Source: Lama guanicoe
Taxonomy: Eukaryota
Assembly (NCBI GenBank): GCA_013239625.1
Contig: MU053334.1
Location: 569,190 to 633,189 of the forward strand
Reading direction: 5' to 3'
Length of the DNA: 64,000 bases
Position 1 is the first letter of the stretch. Every line of letters starts with the position of its first letter. The translations under genes were made by a program, and so were the position numbers. The notes beneath the pieces are model-generated. The model worked only from the letters and a program-made list of their open reading frames with translations. It was not told the DNA's origin and did not search any database. Shown in pieces: positions 25,448 to 38,823 of this stretch.

Positions 25448-25943
25448 TGTAACAGGAAAGGGCAGATCTGACTCCAGCCTGTATCTGTTTCTTTTACTTT
25501 AAACTCTGAATTTATTCATTTTGCTACGAGTTAATTACTAAAGGGATGTTGCCCCTAAGCTTAAATAACACATAAGGGTCCATCTCCGGGAACCCTGTGT
25601 AATGAGCGATAAACTGAAATAACTTTGTTTATCACACAAGAAACATGCCGACCAGGCCCATCTGTGAATGACTGTGGGAAGGGCGAAATCGACACCTCCC
25701 CTGGAGAAGCTGACTGGAGCTAGGAAATGTTTGACAGCACACCCTCCCCTTTTAGTATAAAAGAAGCCTGAATTCTAACTCAGGCAAGATGATTCTATGG
25801 GACGCTAGACCACCATCTTCTCAGTCTGCTGGCTTTCCAAATAAAGGTGGTGTTCCTTGTTCCTTGTTCCTTTTTCCAACACCTCATCTCCCTACTTACT
25901 GTCCTGTCGCGGGGCGAGCAACACGAGCTTGGCCTGGGTGACA
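25448..25943 (+). mobile_element. Solo ERV1 LTR (MER34/MER39-like 3' end)
   Basis: TG...CA ends; TATAAAA 25756-25762; AATAAA 25840-25845; characteristic end ctgtcgcggggcgagcaacacgagcttggcctgggtgaca. Confidence 0.85.
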
Positions 25944-26567
25944 CTGCCATTTCCCAGTTATGTGCAGTCTGAGCCTCCCTCTAGTGCTCTCTCCTTTTAG
26001 GCACGAGTTGTTAAGAAGCTTCCAGATACCATCCTATCCACAGCAAAACCCTGCTTCCTTAAACTGTCCCCAGAATCACCTACAAAAGCCCCAATCCTAA
26101 GAGGAGTCTTTTCCGATGCCTTCCGAGTCCCCTGTGCATCCCCATATGCATGGTCTCCTTAGTTGCAACCAGTAGTGATGCCACTTTGCTGAATGCAGAT
26201 GTGTTCCTGGTGGTGTGGCTAGAGGGCGCCGACACAGCCAAGGCATTGCCCTTTCCTCTGTGTGCTTTCTAGAGTCTTCAGAAGCCAACGGCCCACTGCA
26301 TGGTTTCTGTAATCCTGTATTTGTCATAGCAACTAAATATCTCATCCACGTGACCATGCGCCCACATGCTCTCCACCTGCACCACGTCCCAGCCACCGCT
26401 GGTGGTGATTTGAGGAGCTGGGATGCCCCTGTGTGGTGCAGACTCCTAGTGTTCCGTTGCCCCAGGGCAAGGATTTTATCCAGATGCTCATCCAGTATAT
26501 GAGCAACCCAATCCTGGAATCCCATTTTGATTGTCTGTTTTCTGGGGCCACTTCTAGTGGCAATTAC

Positions 26568-26990
26568 TGTATCAGTCAGTGTTCTGGCAAGAAACAGGTG
26601 GCATACTCAGAAAGATGGTTGGAGGGATGTTAGTAAATGGACTGTTCACAAAGGAAGGGCAGAGGTGAGTGAATACTTGAGGCGTGGTGACGCACCGATG
26701 GACTTTTAGCTGCAGGAAGCTGCTACCACTTCTGGCCTTGAGAGGACAAAGGGAGGGAGTGGTGATTGGGAAAGAGACTTCCTCAGCAGAGGAATGAAGC
26801 CACTGCCAAGACACAGGCCTGAAGAGAGGGGCCTCAGGAAATAAAAGCTCTGACCTCTCTCCTCCCCTTCTCATCTCTACAGGTGTCTCCTATGAACCTA
26901 ACCAGGTGATGCATTCTGTAGATGAACACTTCCGGGGCACACAGCAAGGCAGAGAAAGGTGGAGAGGATCCAGGAGTCCAAAGGGAGGCT
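26568..26990 (-). mobile_element. ERVL-type LTR (LTR67B-like)
   Basis: tgtatcagtcagtgttctggcaagaaacaggtggcatactca...gctaccacttctggccttgagaggacaaagggagggag. Confidence 0.6.
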
Positions 26991-27089
26991 CTTCTACACG
27001 TGTGTCTAAACACCAGTGGTAACCAGAGGACACGGTTTTGTAAAACTGAAGAGTCACAAAATAGAAAACATAAAAATGTAGCTCTTAAA

Positions 27090-27620
27090 GAAGTGTTCAG
27101 GGAAATTTTAAAGTTTTACTGAAAGACATTAAAGAAGACCTGAATAAATTGGGAACTATTTACCATGTTCATGGATAGGAAGGCTCAGTGGCAGAAATAT
27201 GTCAATTCTCCCCCAAATTACCCTACAAAAGAAATTATCATTTAAGTCCCAGCTTTTTAAGAAATGTAACAAGCTAATTCTAGAATTTGTACAGCAGAAC
27301 AAAGGCTGGTTAATAGCCCAGACATTCTAGAAGAAGGAAGAGAAGCAGGAGGCAGAAGGAAGCTGTCCTAGGAGGTATCAAAATGGATTATAAAGCTATA
27401 GCCCTTGACTCTGGGATATTGGTATGGGGATAGACAAATTCACCAACGAAACAAAACATGAAACCTTGACCTCTGAGAGTGTTGGCACTGCTGAGCAGTT
27501 GGAAAGAGAAGCATCTTTTAACAAGTGTACTAAAACTTACGAAAAAACAAACAAAACAAACCCTTAAATCAGACACCTGCCTTATGCTGAAGGAAAAAAT
27601 AATTCCTGATCCAAATAGTC
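27090..27620 (+). mobile_element. L1 ORF2 fragment
   Basis: ttactgaaagacattaaagaagacctgaataaa...ccatgttcatggataggaagg...tcaattctcccccaaatt. Confidence 0.8.
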
Positions 27621-28669
27621 CGATGACTATTTGGTGAATTCAATACCTACATTGTGTTTGTAAAGGATAAAATCAGTAAACCTGCCACCTCTCCTCTGGT
27701 CCGTCTGGGAAGGTGTGAGCAGGAGTCAGGGTGCTGGGAGATAACACATATGGTGATGAAAGGAAAGACACTTGGGAAGCCAGACATGAGGACAAGGTGT
27801 TCAGCCGAGCAAGCCATCTGACCACCAGGGCACTGATCTGATAACCCTGAGAAGGGCAGAGGGGGCTGAAGGGCAGAAGAAGGAAAGGTGGGCCAGAAAA
27901 GGGGGTTTCAACCCAAGAGTGGGCATTGGGAGCCAAGGCAAGGGGCAATAGTGAGCCGTCGTCATCATGGGGCCCTAAGGAGTTGAGTGGGTTGGCCACA
28001 GAGGGAGGGCAGAGAAAGCAACTTTGGCAGGAGAATTGCAGAAGGGACGAATCTGGAGGCTGGGGGTCCAGCCAAGTGTATTTCTGTAGAGAGTGTAGAC
28101 TGAAGAGGGAATTCTAACCTAAACACCAGCTCCTCCACCTCACTGCTTATACTCACTCAGATACCCAGCACCAACGTGCAGGGTCCCGACCCTGCCTGTC
28201 ACCTGAGTGATGTCATCTACCCATGGAATCGACATTGTTTCCAATCTGTTTCCACGTTGCCATGGGAGGTGAGCTCTTTTGGCCTTTCTGTGTCTGGGTT
28301 TCAATTCGTGGCTGCATGTGTGGGTCCCAGCGTTCGTGAAGCCTCCCAGTGTACCAAGAGCCCCAGACAGCTCTGTGTGTGCCTCTGGGTGGGATTCTGA
28401 GTAACAGCCATGATAAACGCCACCTGTGCGTGTCTCGCGTGTGCCGGGCATTGATCTAATGCTCTCTATGTACTATCTCACTTAAGTTGCAGCACAGCCC
28501 ACAGGGTGTACGCATGCCCTTGTCATCTGCACGACAGGAAGGGTCATGAGCTGGTGGAGGATGACACCAGCAGGTGGTTCACGTGCACACTATAGGAGCA
28601 CCTCCCATAAATCACAAGGGACAAGGGGGCCAGAAGGTAAGTGCACAGATGTTAATGAGTATCCGGGTG

Positions 28670-29277
28670 TAAGACAGGAGGGGGGCGGGCACAGCCACTC
28701 CAGGAATGCCAATTAACATCAAAACAGTGAAAGGTTCAACCCCCAACAGGCCTTGAGGCTCAGGATGGTGAGAGATTTAACTTCCAGCAGATCTTGAGCT
28801 TCATTATACGCCCATCGTAATATATTAACGTGGGGAATGACACGCCCACAGGCGCCATGGCAGTCCCGAGGTCAGCCACAAAAGGTCAAGAGTGGGAAAT
28901 GGCCAACTTCCTGGGAATCCCAGCGCCTTCCCCGTAGACTGTCCTTCTAATTATTAGCATATGAAGCCACCAAGCCCATAAGTACCAGCAACAGCACCTC
29001 GCAGCCACCCCTCTCTCTGTTCTGAGACGGCCCACATTCTGTCTACGGAGTGTGTACCTACTTTTAATCTGAGCACCCAACCCCCATACCTCGTGGCCCT
29101 TCTCTTGCCTTTCCGTGTATCTCTCTGAATAAATCTACCTTCACTCAACTGTGGCTTGCTCTTGAATTCTTTCCTGCACGAAGCCAAGGACCCACACTTG
29201 GCAGGACGCATCCCAGGGGCCCAACAGAGACCTGGGACACAGCCTTTCTCATGCCCCACAGCTGTTTTCCTGCATCA
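28670..29277 (+). mobile_element. Solo ERV1 LTR, family A copy 1 (LTR39-like)
   Basis: t(a)agacaggaggg...AATAAA...ttcctgcatca; homologous to copies at 30566, 39799 and 43878; imperfect TSD ggtg/gctg. Confidence 0.88.
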
Positions 29278-29280
29278 GCT

Positions 29281-29375
29281 GTTTATGTATGACTGAAATA
29301 TGGTGCTGTCCACCAGAAATGGACACATTGTAAATTGACTATACTTCAATAATAATAATAAAAAATAACAAAAAT
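29281..29375 (+). mobile_element. 3' tail of a younger L1
   Basis: atgtatgactgaaatatggtgctgtccaccagaaatggacacattgtaaattgactatacttcaataa followed by an A-rich tail. Confidence 0.7.
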
Positions 29376-29381
29376 TAAACA

Positions 29382-29528
29382 GGGGGGAGGGTATAGCTCA
29401 GTGGTACAGTGTGTTCTTAGCATGCACGAGGTCCTAAATTCAATCCCCAGTACCTCCATTAAAATAAATAAGTAAATAAATGAACCAAATTATCTCCCCC
29501 AAAATAAAAAATAAATAAAATGTTGAAA

Positions 29529-29575
<47 letters not shown>

Positions 29576-29577
29576 AA
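29382..29577 (+). mobile_element. Vic-1-like camelid tRNA-derived SINE with (TAAA)n tail
   Basis: ggggagggtatagctcagtggta (A box)...ttcaatcccc (B box)...aattatctccccc. Confidence 0.9.
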
Positions 29578-30565
29578 AGATGGATGTTGTAAACTGGCCA
29601 TTCAAAGAGGGGGAGCTCAAATGCTCAACAAGTGTAGGAGGGCCTCTGGAACTCACTAACAGTGAGAGAAATAAAACCAGTAAGAGAAATAAAACCGCAA
29701 GGAGACACAACTTATCTCCATCACAATGGTAGCAATTAGGAAGGGGGACGGCGCAGTCTGGGTGAGAAGGGGGCTCAGGCAGCTCCCCTGTGGCTGGCAG
29801 GAGGGCAGACTGGCAGAGACGTTCTGAGGAGTGACTTGGAGGTGCTTAATGAACGAGTCATGTCTCATGAGCCCTCTCCTGAGCGTACGCTCTGGAACAT
29901 TCTCACGCTGACCCCCAAGGGATGCATTCAAGGCTGTTGCACAGTTGTTTATTTACAGAAGCTAGTAACCTGATCACCCATCTTCAGGGGACTGAATCCG
30001 TAGAATGTGTTACACACACACTATGGATACAATGCAACAGGGAGAAACAATGAAGTAGATGTTTGCAGAACAGCTTGTATGAATTTTAAAATTCCACACA
30101 AAATATATTCAGTACGTTTCAAGACACTGGACAGCAGGCAGCAAAGCTCAGTGGTCCCTGAGGGACAGGGGACAAATGAGGTGGGCTCTAGGACTGCCCC
30201 TACTCACTGCCTGGGGAGGGCAGGGAGGCTAACGGGTGAGGACAGTGGCCTCCTCGAGCTGAGGAGCCCGCTGGGCAGGCAGGCATTCACAGCGGGAACA
30301 CCTGCGCAGAGAAGGGGCAGTGCTGTCTGCAGAGACTTCAGCTGAGTACAGACCAGAGCACACTTGGGATGAAACTGCTGAGGCAGGAGAGAGTGCCACC
30401 TGAGTTACAGAAGAAATACCGTTAGGCTACAGGGCCAGGCGTAGTTCCTGCTCCCACCAGTTGGAGTCAAAATTCACATAATCTACAGGACACTGAGGAG
30501 AGTATGCAAAAGGCTTTGCCTTGAAATTGTCAGGAGTAAAGAAGGCCAATTTAAGATGGTAAAGG

Positions 30566-31228
30566 TGAGACAGGAGGGAAGGGAGCAGGTTACAACCATT
30601 AAAAGAATGACACAGCCATTGAGAAAAACAGGATAGGACGTACACTGGTTAGAACCAACTAGGCCCAAGATGGCGGGAGATTCCTCTCCCAGTAGACCTT
30701 GAGCTTCAATATATGCTCACTGAAATGCAACACCTGCTAAATGGTGCTCCCACTGGCATCATGAAGTTTCAAGTCTGACCATAAAAGGTCAAGAAGTGGG
30801 TGATGGTTCACTTCCTGGGACTCCCAGGCCCCTTCCCAAAGTAGTTGGAATAATCCTCCCACTTGTTAGCATGTGACGTCACCAAGCCCATAAAAACCAT
30901 CAGCCCCACACCTCAGGGCTATCTCACTTTTCCTAGACAACTCCATGCTCTGAGGCCACTGATCTCCTTTCTGAGTAAGATGATCCACATTCTGTCTACA
31001 GAATGTGATCTCTTAGGCCTTTCTCTTGCCTCTTGAGATGGCCTGCACTCGGTCTATGGAGTGTGTAACCCTCTGAATAAATCCACCTTTGCTCTACTAT
31101 GGTTTGATCTTGAAATCTTTCCTGTGTGAAGCCAAAGACCCTCACTTGATGGGGCATGTCCCTGTTGAGTCCCTGGGACCTGGGACATGGCTATCCTCTT
31201 GTGCCCTGCCCCCATTTTTCCTGTATCA
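30566..31228 (+). mobile_element. Solo ERV1 LTR, family A copy 2
   Basis: tgagacaggaggg...ttcctgtatca flanked by a perfect 4-bp TSD AAGG (30562-30565, 31229-31232). Confidence 0.92.
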
Positions 31229-31232
31229 AAGG

Positions 31233-34200
31233 GATAAACTCATTGAGGGGACACAAGAACCCTTAAAGTCTATATATCTAGTTCTAGGGCTTCAGAATGC
31301 TTGGAGCAAAGCCTGGAAGAGCTTGGGGGAAGACAAATGCACAACTGTAGCTGGAGATTTCAACACCCTTCTCTCAACATTCAGTGGACCAGATAGGAAA
31401 CTTGTGAGGGTGTGGAAGACTGGGGCAGCACTGTAAACAACTTGACCCGACTGGCATTTGTGGAAAATCCCATCCAACAATAGCAGAGTACGCATTGGTG
31501 AATGTACACTGAATGTTCACCAAGATAGAGCATCTTCTGGGCCAGAAAACAGTCTTAAATGATTGAAATCATGCAAAGTCTATTCTCTGACCAAAATGGA
31601 ATTAATTAGAAACCAATCATTGAAAGATATCAGGAAAATCCACAAAACATTTAATGAAATAACAAACAACTGAATAACCTGTGTATACAAGAGAAACCAA
31701 AAGGAAAGTTGAGACAGCATTTTCAACTGAATGAAGATAAAAACATAACAGATGACTTTCTGTGGGATGTAGCTAAAGCAGTGTGTAGGGGGATTCGTGC
31801 CTACATTAGACAACCCTGACATCAGCATTCACCTAGACACTAGAAGAAGAAGGGCAAATTAAATTCTAAGGAGAAAATAAAAGCCACTGAAGAAATCAGT
31901 GACACAGAAAACAAAGACCATAGAGAAAATCAGTAAAAACAAAAGCTAATTTCTTTTAGACAATCAGTAAACCACTAAACAGACTGCTCAGGGGAAGAAC
32001 AACAACAACCACAAAAGGGCAGAAACATAAATTACCACCACCAGGAATGAGAAGGTTGACATCACTACAGATTCAACAGATATAATAAGAGAATGTTACG
32101 GACTTCTTCGCTTAGGTTAAATGAATTGGACTGAAATAAACAAATTCATTGAAAGGCACAAATTATCAAAAGTCACTCAAGAAGAAATAGATGACCTGAA
32201 CAGTTCTTTATCTATTAAGTTAAAAACATTTCCACAAAGAAAACTCCAGACTCAAACGGTTTTAATGATGAATTCTATAAATAGTTGAGAAAGAAATAAC
32301 ATCAATTCTACACAAATTCTAGAGAAAAGAACTGGAGGAAATGCTTTCTACCTCCTTCTATGAGGCCAGCATTATGCTAGTACCAAAACCAGACAAAGAC
32401 ACTACAAAATAGAAAACTGCAAACCAATATCCCTCATGAACTAAGATGCAAAATTCTTAACAAAATTTTTAGCAAATTGAATTCATTAATATCTAGGAAA
32501 GAGAATTTATTGTCATAATATGACCTTTATCTCAGGAATGCAAGGGTGGTTTAACGCTTAAAAATCATCATACAATGCAATTTACCACATTAATAGAATA
32601 AAAACAAAATTTTAAAAAATGAAATAAACAGAAAATTCCCAACTGATTTTCTGATAAGAGGCAGGAAAAGTGTTTGACAAAATCCAAACTTCATTCCATT
32701 TGTTAACTTTCTGCAAAATGGGAACAGAAGGGAGCTCCCTCAGTCTTACAGAAGGAACCTACAAAAAACCATGCAGCTGACATGATACTTAATGGTGAAA
32801 GACAGTACTTTCTCCGAAGACAGGAACAAGGCAAGGATGTCTGCTCTTACCATGTCAATTCAACATGGACTGGAGATCGTAGCCAGGGCAATCAGGCAAG
32901 AAAAAGAAATGAAAGGCATTCCAGTTGAAAAATAACAAGGTAAACCATCGTCATTCACAGATAGAATGACTGTCTATGTGAAAAATCCTATAAAATCTAC
33001 AAAACAGCTACTAGAACTAGTTAGTGAGCTTAGCAGGTTTGCAGAATGAAGGGAAGTAAACAAAAAACGACTGTATTTCCACATGCTAGCAATGAACAAT
33101 CGTAAACTGAAGTAAAAAACAGTACCGTTTGCAGTGTCATCCCCCAAATTAAGTCCAGTTGATTGACGGAGCTGTTGAGTTCAGCTGTGCCCTCACCTGT
33201 CTTACGCCTGCTGGATCTGTCTGTTTCTGGCAGAGGGGTGTGAAGTCTCCAACTGTGACAGTGGCTTTATCTGCTTCTCCCTATAGTTCTGTCAGGTTTT
33301 GCCTCAGGTGTTTTGATGCTCTGCTGTTTGGTGCATGTACGTTAAGAAGGATTATGTCTTCTTGGAAAATTGACCCTCTGTCATTAGGTGGTGCCCTTCT
33401 TTTTCCCTGATAGGTTTCCTTGCTCTCAAGTCTCCTCTGTCTGAAATTAATACAGCAACCCCTGCTTCCCTTGATTCGTGTCGGCGTGGTCTACCTTTCT
33501 CCATCCATTTCAAAACCTCACGCTATTGTGGAGGACCCCTGTGACCCAGGGCCCTGGAGCTTCCACCCCCCAGACCGGTCCACCCCAAGCCTCCAGCCAT
33601 TCACCAGTTCCCGTCCAGGCTTCTACCCGAGCCCTGGTCCCCACGGGGACAGCGGCTCCAGTAAACCCCAAGTCTCCATGTCCGCCTGTCTGTCTCTCCA
33701 GTTTGGGGGCAGCAGTTCGCCCTGTGACCTCACTCCTCCTTGTGGGTCAGGGAAGAGCTGTTGAGTTTTGTTTGTTCAGTTTTTTACTTTTGTTAGGACA
33801 GAATGGTGATCTCCGAGTTTTCAGCATGTCAGACTGGAAACCAGAGGCTGGTTAATTAATTTTGGACCAACATGCCAAGGCATTTTGTCAGAGAAAGGGT
33901 AGTCTTTCCACAAATAGTGTTGGATGTCTGTGTACAGTTGGGTATCCATGTGCAAAAAAAAAAATTAACTTTGAGTAGTATCTCCCATAATATAGAAAAT
34001 TTAACTAAGAATGCATTGTACATCTACGTGTAAAATGTAAAAGTACAAATCTCCCCTGAGAAAGTCGGAGAAAACATCTGTAATGTTGAGTGAGGTAAAG
34101 ACTTGTTAGATACAACAGCAAAAGCCCAAGCCATAGGAGAAAAATTATAAATTATTAAATTATAACTTCTGCTTTTCTAAACACAATGCTAAGGAAATAA

Positions 34201-35000
34201 GACAAACCATAGGCCAAGAGGAAGTATTTGCACATCATGCACCTGTCTGATAAAGGCTTGTGTGCAGAACACATCAAGAACCCTTTCAGCTCAGCAGTGA
34301 GCAAATGACCCAGTTAAAAGGTGGGCAAAAGATCTAAATCAATACAATGTATGGGTGGCGGGTAAGCACGCAAAAGGTGTTCAGGCTTTAGAGAACGGGG
34401 GAGAACTGCGCCCTCCTGCGCAGCTGGCCGGAGGCGAAGTGTCACAGCCACCGTGGGAGACAGCAGCTCCTTAGAAGGTTTCACTTTCCTGTCATCGAGT
34501 TTATTAAGAGGATAAGCAGGCACCTACTGTGGGGTTCCACTCTGGGGCCTTTCCCTAGGGGAGTGAAAGCTCACGTCACACAGAGGATTCTCACGGCAGC
34601 TTTATTTGTAATTGTCGCAAACTAAAGACCACCCAAAAGTGCACCCACCCGCGGACAGAGAACCGCGGCCGACGCGCCCAGTGGGATCCCACTGAGTCAT
34701 CCAGAAGCGTGAGTCGTTGGCACACACGACAGCAGGGATGAATCTCAAAAGGATTCTGCTGAGTGAAGGCAGCCAGACGGCTCTGTGTGCATCCGTAGAT
34801 TTAGAGTTCTGGGAACCGCTAACTGATGAGTGAGGACAGGGCGTGGAGAGGCGAGGAGGGTGGGCAGAGAGGGTGGAGGGACACAGGGAGGGGGGCGTGC
34901 CGAAGACACAGGGACGTGCTGGGGGTGAAGCGTCCATCATCTTGTGGGTGGCAACGGCCCCGGGGTCACTTGCAGAAGTGACAGCTTGTCAGCTGGCGCA
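31233..35000 (+). mobile_element. L1 ORF2 and 3' end, interrupted by an opposite-strand L1 fragment
   Basis: ORF2 motifs (TTVAGDFNTLLS; ttctatgaggccagcatt...ccaaaaccagacaaagac; ggaacaaggcaaggatgt). Confidence 0.9.
33157..33850 (-). mobile_element. Internally deleted L1 (L1MC-like 5' end plus endonuclease fragment) inside the plus-strand L1
   Basis: Strand composition flips to T-rich; gtgaagtctccaactgtgacagtgg and ttttgttaggacagaatggtg...gactggaaaccagagg. Confidence 0.7.
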
Positions 35001-35491
35001 CTTCAGTAAGTGCCGGTGTGCTCCATGAGCTACTCCTCCACACGCGGTTTAAAGAAACACGAAATAACGTGCATTTCCTAAAGCTGCATGCACAGGCAAG
35101 TGTGTGCTCCCCACACTCCAAACTAGGGCCCCACCACGTGTCAGAGGACCTGGGCTGCCAGGCGGCCCACCCTTGCTCTGTGGGCAGACCCAGGTGTGGA
35201 CATCACATGTCCGTCAGAGCATCTTCATTATGGCCAGTTGGGCATGTTTGGGGTCTTCTGACTTGGAACGTGGCCATGGGACAAGCACCAGATCCACTTG
35301 GGGCCCTGGAGACACTTCAGTGAGAGGGAGGCCCCTGAATCCTGGTGGGACGGTGTGCCTTGGCCCCCATGGGGACTAAGACATCTCAGAAAAAAGAAGC
35401 CCAAAATGAGTGTTGTGCAGAAGTGACCTGTCCTGCAGGGGGACAGGGGACTGGGCCCTACAGACGCCGCGTCAAGCCCCTGCTCGTCACC

Positions 35492-35912
35492 TGTCTGAGT
35501 GTCCCAGGGCAGCTGCAACACACCGCCCCGCAGGGGGCTTAACATCAGACATTCATCCTCCCCCCATTCCTGCAGGCCCAAGTCTGAACTCGGAGAGTCA
35601 GAGGGCTGCGCCCTCTCCCTCCTGCTGCAGGGGACGGTCCTTCCTGCCTCTTCCAGCTTCTGGGGGCCCCAGGCATCTCTGGGCTTGTGGCCGCATCACC
35701 CCAGCCTGTGCCTCTGTCACCGTGCTGCGCCCTCCTCTCCGTCTCTTGTCAGGACCCCTGTCATTGGACTTAGGGCCACATCGGTGAGCCAGGATGACCT
35801 TGTCTGGGGACCTTTAACTTAATCACAGCTGTGAAGCCCCTTTTCCCTAAAAAGGTCACCCACAGCTGGGGGTTAGGATGCAGATTGTATTTGGGGGCCA
35901 CCAGTAACACCA
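35492..35912 (-). mobile_element. MaLR LTR (MLT1C-like)
   Basis: tccttcctgcctcttccagcttctggggg...gtcattggacttagggcc...ctttaacttaatcacagctg. Confidence 0.8.
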
Positions 35913-37241
35913 CCCAGGGGTGGGAGGCCTGGTCCTGAGCACCCCGAGTCCTTGGTCAGGGTTTCTGACACCTCGGTCAGCACACTGGCCTCCAAGGTCC
36001 TCCTTCTGGGTCAGACCAGCTCCGTCCCCACTCCACGTGTGTTCTCCCTCAGAAGCGTCACACTGTCCTCAAGCGCACACCAGTTCAGTCTTGCTGGACG
36101 GGGAGCCCGCCTCCCCTTGGGTCCCCTGAGCTCTGACTGCCGCCCCCCGCCGTGTTGACCTTAAGCTTCACCTTTAGGGGCTCCCTCATCTCACTCACGC
36201 CCTGTGTCTGGCCTCCCCGTGTCCTGGGACCTTGGCAGGGACACAGGAGAGATGGTTTGGGAGGGCAGGGGGCTGGTTCTAAGTGCGATTTGACACCCTG
36301 GGTTCACTGGAGCGGGGGATCCCTGGGATGGGGAGCTGGTAGGATCTGGAGACAGAGACTGGTTGGGCCAAACCCCGGAAGCAGGGTCACCGACTGGGGC
36401 CCCGAGAAGCTGATGTGGGGTTTAGGGTGTGGGGCTTCTAGGAGGCACAGGGCAGACTGCCTCTCTGTCCTGACAGAGCGGAGCCCGGGGGAGGAAAGGG
36501 GTGTCTCGGGGTCACCGCTGCCCTGGAAGAGCCTGGGCCTCGGGGAGGGCAGACCCAGGTGTGGCCCTGCAGCTGGCCAACGCTGTGGGCCTGGCAGGGC
36601 GGGAAGGCCCGCTCCGAGGAGGCCCAGTCGCACCTGCACTCGTGTCCTGGGGGGCACTCACCGCACCCCACTACTCCCAAGGGTCCTGCCCCGCCCCAGC
36701 ATTGACCCCAAGTCCGTAAACGCATCCAAATCCCAGCTGAGTCAGGTTCGGGGGGACTGAGGGCATGACTCATCCCAGGGCAAAACTCCTCTCCCGCCCT
36801 GACCCTGAGACCAGACCCTGATGCGCTTCCGCACTGGGGCACAGGCGCGCCCACGCTGAGAGGGCGGCGGCGGAGGAGAAAGGGCCGAGGCTCCCAGCCG
36901 GTCCAAGGCCAGCAGAGCGCGTCCCAGCAGATGGCAGGCCCGGAGAAGGCTCCTCTGGGGCCCACGCTGCCCTCTGGGCGCGCTGGGGAGGCCCTCTCTG
37001 GACCTGGGCGGGTGGACCCACTGCAAGGGGAGCTGCCTGGCGGCTCCGGGCCGGGTGCAGCGTTCACCCGAGGGGTCTGTGCGTCTGCCGCCCTCCCCCC
37101 CTCGCACGGGGGAGGGTCAGGCTCAGCAGGGGATAAAACCCTTGAGGGAAGGCGCGTGCGCACGGAGCAAGTGCTTCCTCCGCCTAAGGCAGACGCCACG
37201 GCCCTCAGTTCCCACGCAGAGCTGGTGAGAGGCTTGTTAAA

Positions 37242-37368
37242 GGCGGGAGGGTGCAGCTCCGCGGTAGAGCGCGTGCTTAGGATGCACAAGGTCCCGGGTT
37301 CCCAGGACCTCTGTTTAAAAAAAAAAAATAAGTAAATAAACCTAATTACCACCCCCCCACCAATAAAA
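37242..37368 (+). mobile_element. Vic-1-like SINE
   Basis: gggagggtgcagctccgcggtagagcgcgtgcttaggatgcacaaggtcc...aaataaacctaattacc. Confidence 0.85.
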
Positions 37369-38440
37369 GAGCAAAGCAAGGACAAATAAGAAGTGGTTTA
37401 TTATCCCAGTGGAATATGATTCATCCTTAAACAGGAAGGAAGTCCTCACACAGGCAACAGCGTGGAAGGACCTTCAGGATGCGACGCTCGGAAAGTAATC
37501 CAGACGCAGAAGGGCAAGGCTTGGGGACTCCACTCACAGGAAGTCCTGCAGTGGTCAGACCCACGGAGACAGACAGGAGGGCGGTGGGGGCGGGGGCCCT
37601 TGACCTCAGCCCACCGGTGCGGGCGGGGGCCCGTCGCCGATGCGGGTGGGCACCGTCAGCCCCGGGGAAGACCCGCCGTCTGATCTCGCTCAGCCACCTG
37701 CGCTGTCTTTGGTTCCACCTCAGGCACAGAGGCCTGTAACCCTCCCCAGGGCGCTGCTCCCAGGGCGAGGGCCCTCGGGCGACCTGTGCTCCATGCTGGT
37801 GGGTGTGGGTGAGACGGGGCAGACCTCAGCACCCGGCAGCGGGATGGTCTGGAGAGGCTTCCTGATGTAAAGCAAAGACTCCCGCGGGTCCCTCTGGGGG
37901 ATGGGGACGCATTCCAGGGAAGAGTGGCTCCTTCCTCGCTGGATGTTCAGGAGCAGTGCTGCTGTGACAGCAGGACCGGAGGCAGAGTACAGCGACCTGG
38001 CGAAGGCTGGCCAGGCCAGGCGAGGGCCATGCCCGGCACAGGACGGGCCCCAGACGGCGCACTCCGGGAGCGATTCCAAGGGAAACCCTGGCGGCCGCAG
38101 AGGCAGGTGCAGTGCAGAGGTCCCGGCCACTTGCAGGTGGGCAGCCCTCTGAGCAGAGACTTCAGGACGGACCAAGATCACGGACAGGGTTCCAGGAGTT
38201 GGGAACGCGGCGATCAGCTCTCTGCTCGGTGAGCCCTGGGCAGACTCCCCCAGTGCCGGCTCAGCCGCCCAGCGCCGGGTCCAGGCGGCGCCACACCCCT
38301 GCTTCCACTCACGGGATGACCACGACGTGTCCCTGCTGGGGCCAGCACAGCGCCCATCCGCCCCCCGGCCAATGCGGGCCCTCAAGCTTAGCACTCGGGG
38401 TCCCACGGGGCCTCACTGCTTTTGCACCAAATGTTTTAAC

Positions 38441-38823
38441 ATCGTGGCCTGAATTTTGTCCCTGAAAATTTACATGTTGGGGTCCTTACCCTCAGCACCT
38501 CAGAATGTGACTGTGTTTGGAGCTGGGCCTTTAAAGAGGTGATTAAGGTCAAATGAGGTCACTGGAGTGGGTCCTAATCCCATAGGCCTGGTGTCCTTAC
38601 AAGAAGAGGAGATCAGGACACAGACACACGCACAGGGACAACCACGTGAGGACGCGGGAGAAGATGGACGCCTCCACGCCGAGGAGAGAGGCCCCGGGAG
38701 GAGCCGGCCCGCCCACGCCTGGGCCTCGGATTCTGGCCTCCAGGACGGAGGACGGTGCCCGTCTGCAGTTTAAGCCGCCCGGGCTGCGGGCCGTGGTTAC
38801 GGGGGCCCAGGAAACCCGCACAC
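38441..38823 (+). mobile_element. MaLR LTR (MLT1B-like)
   Basis: cctcagaatgtgactgtgtttggag...tttaaagaggtgattaag...ggtgtccttacaagaagagg. Confidence 0.88.

Noticed and set aside
29382..29455. tRNA-like A/B-box sequences here and at four other sites
   Set aside because: These are heads of tRNA-derived SINEs with A-rich tails and degenerate stems, not tRNA genes.
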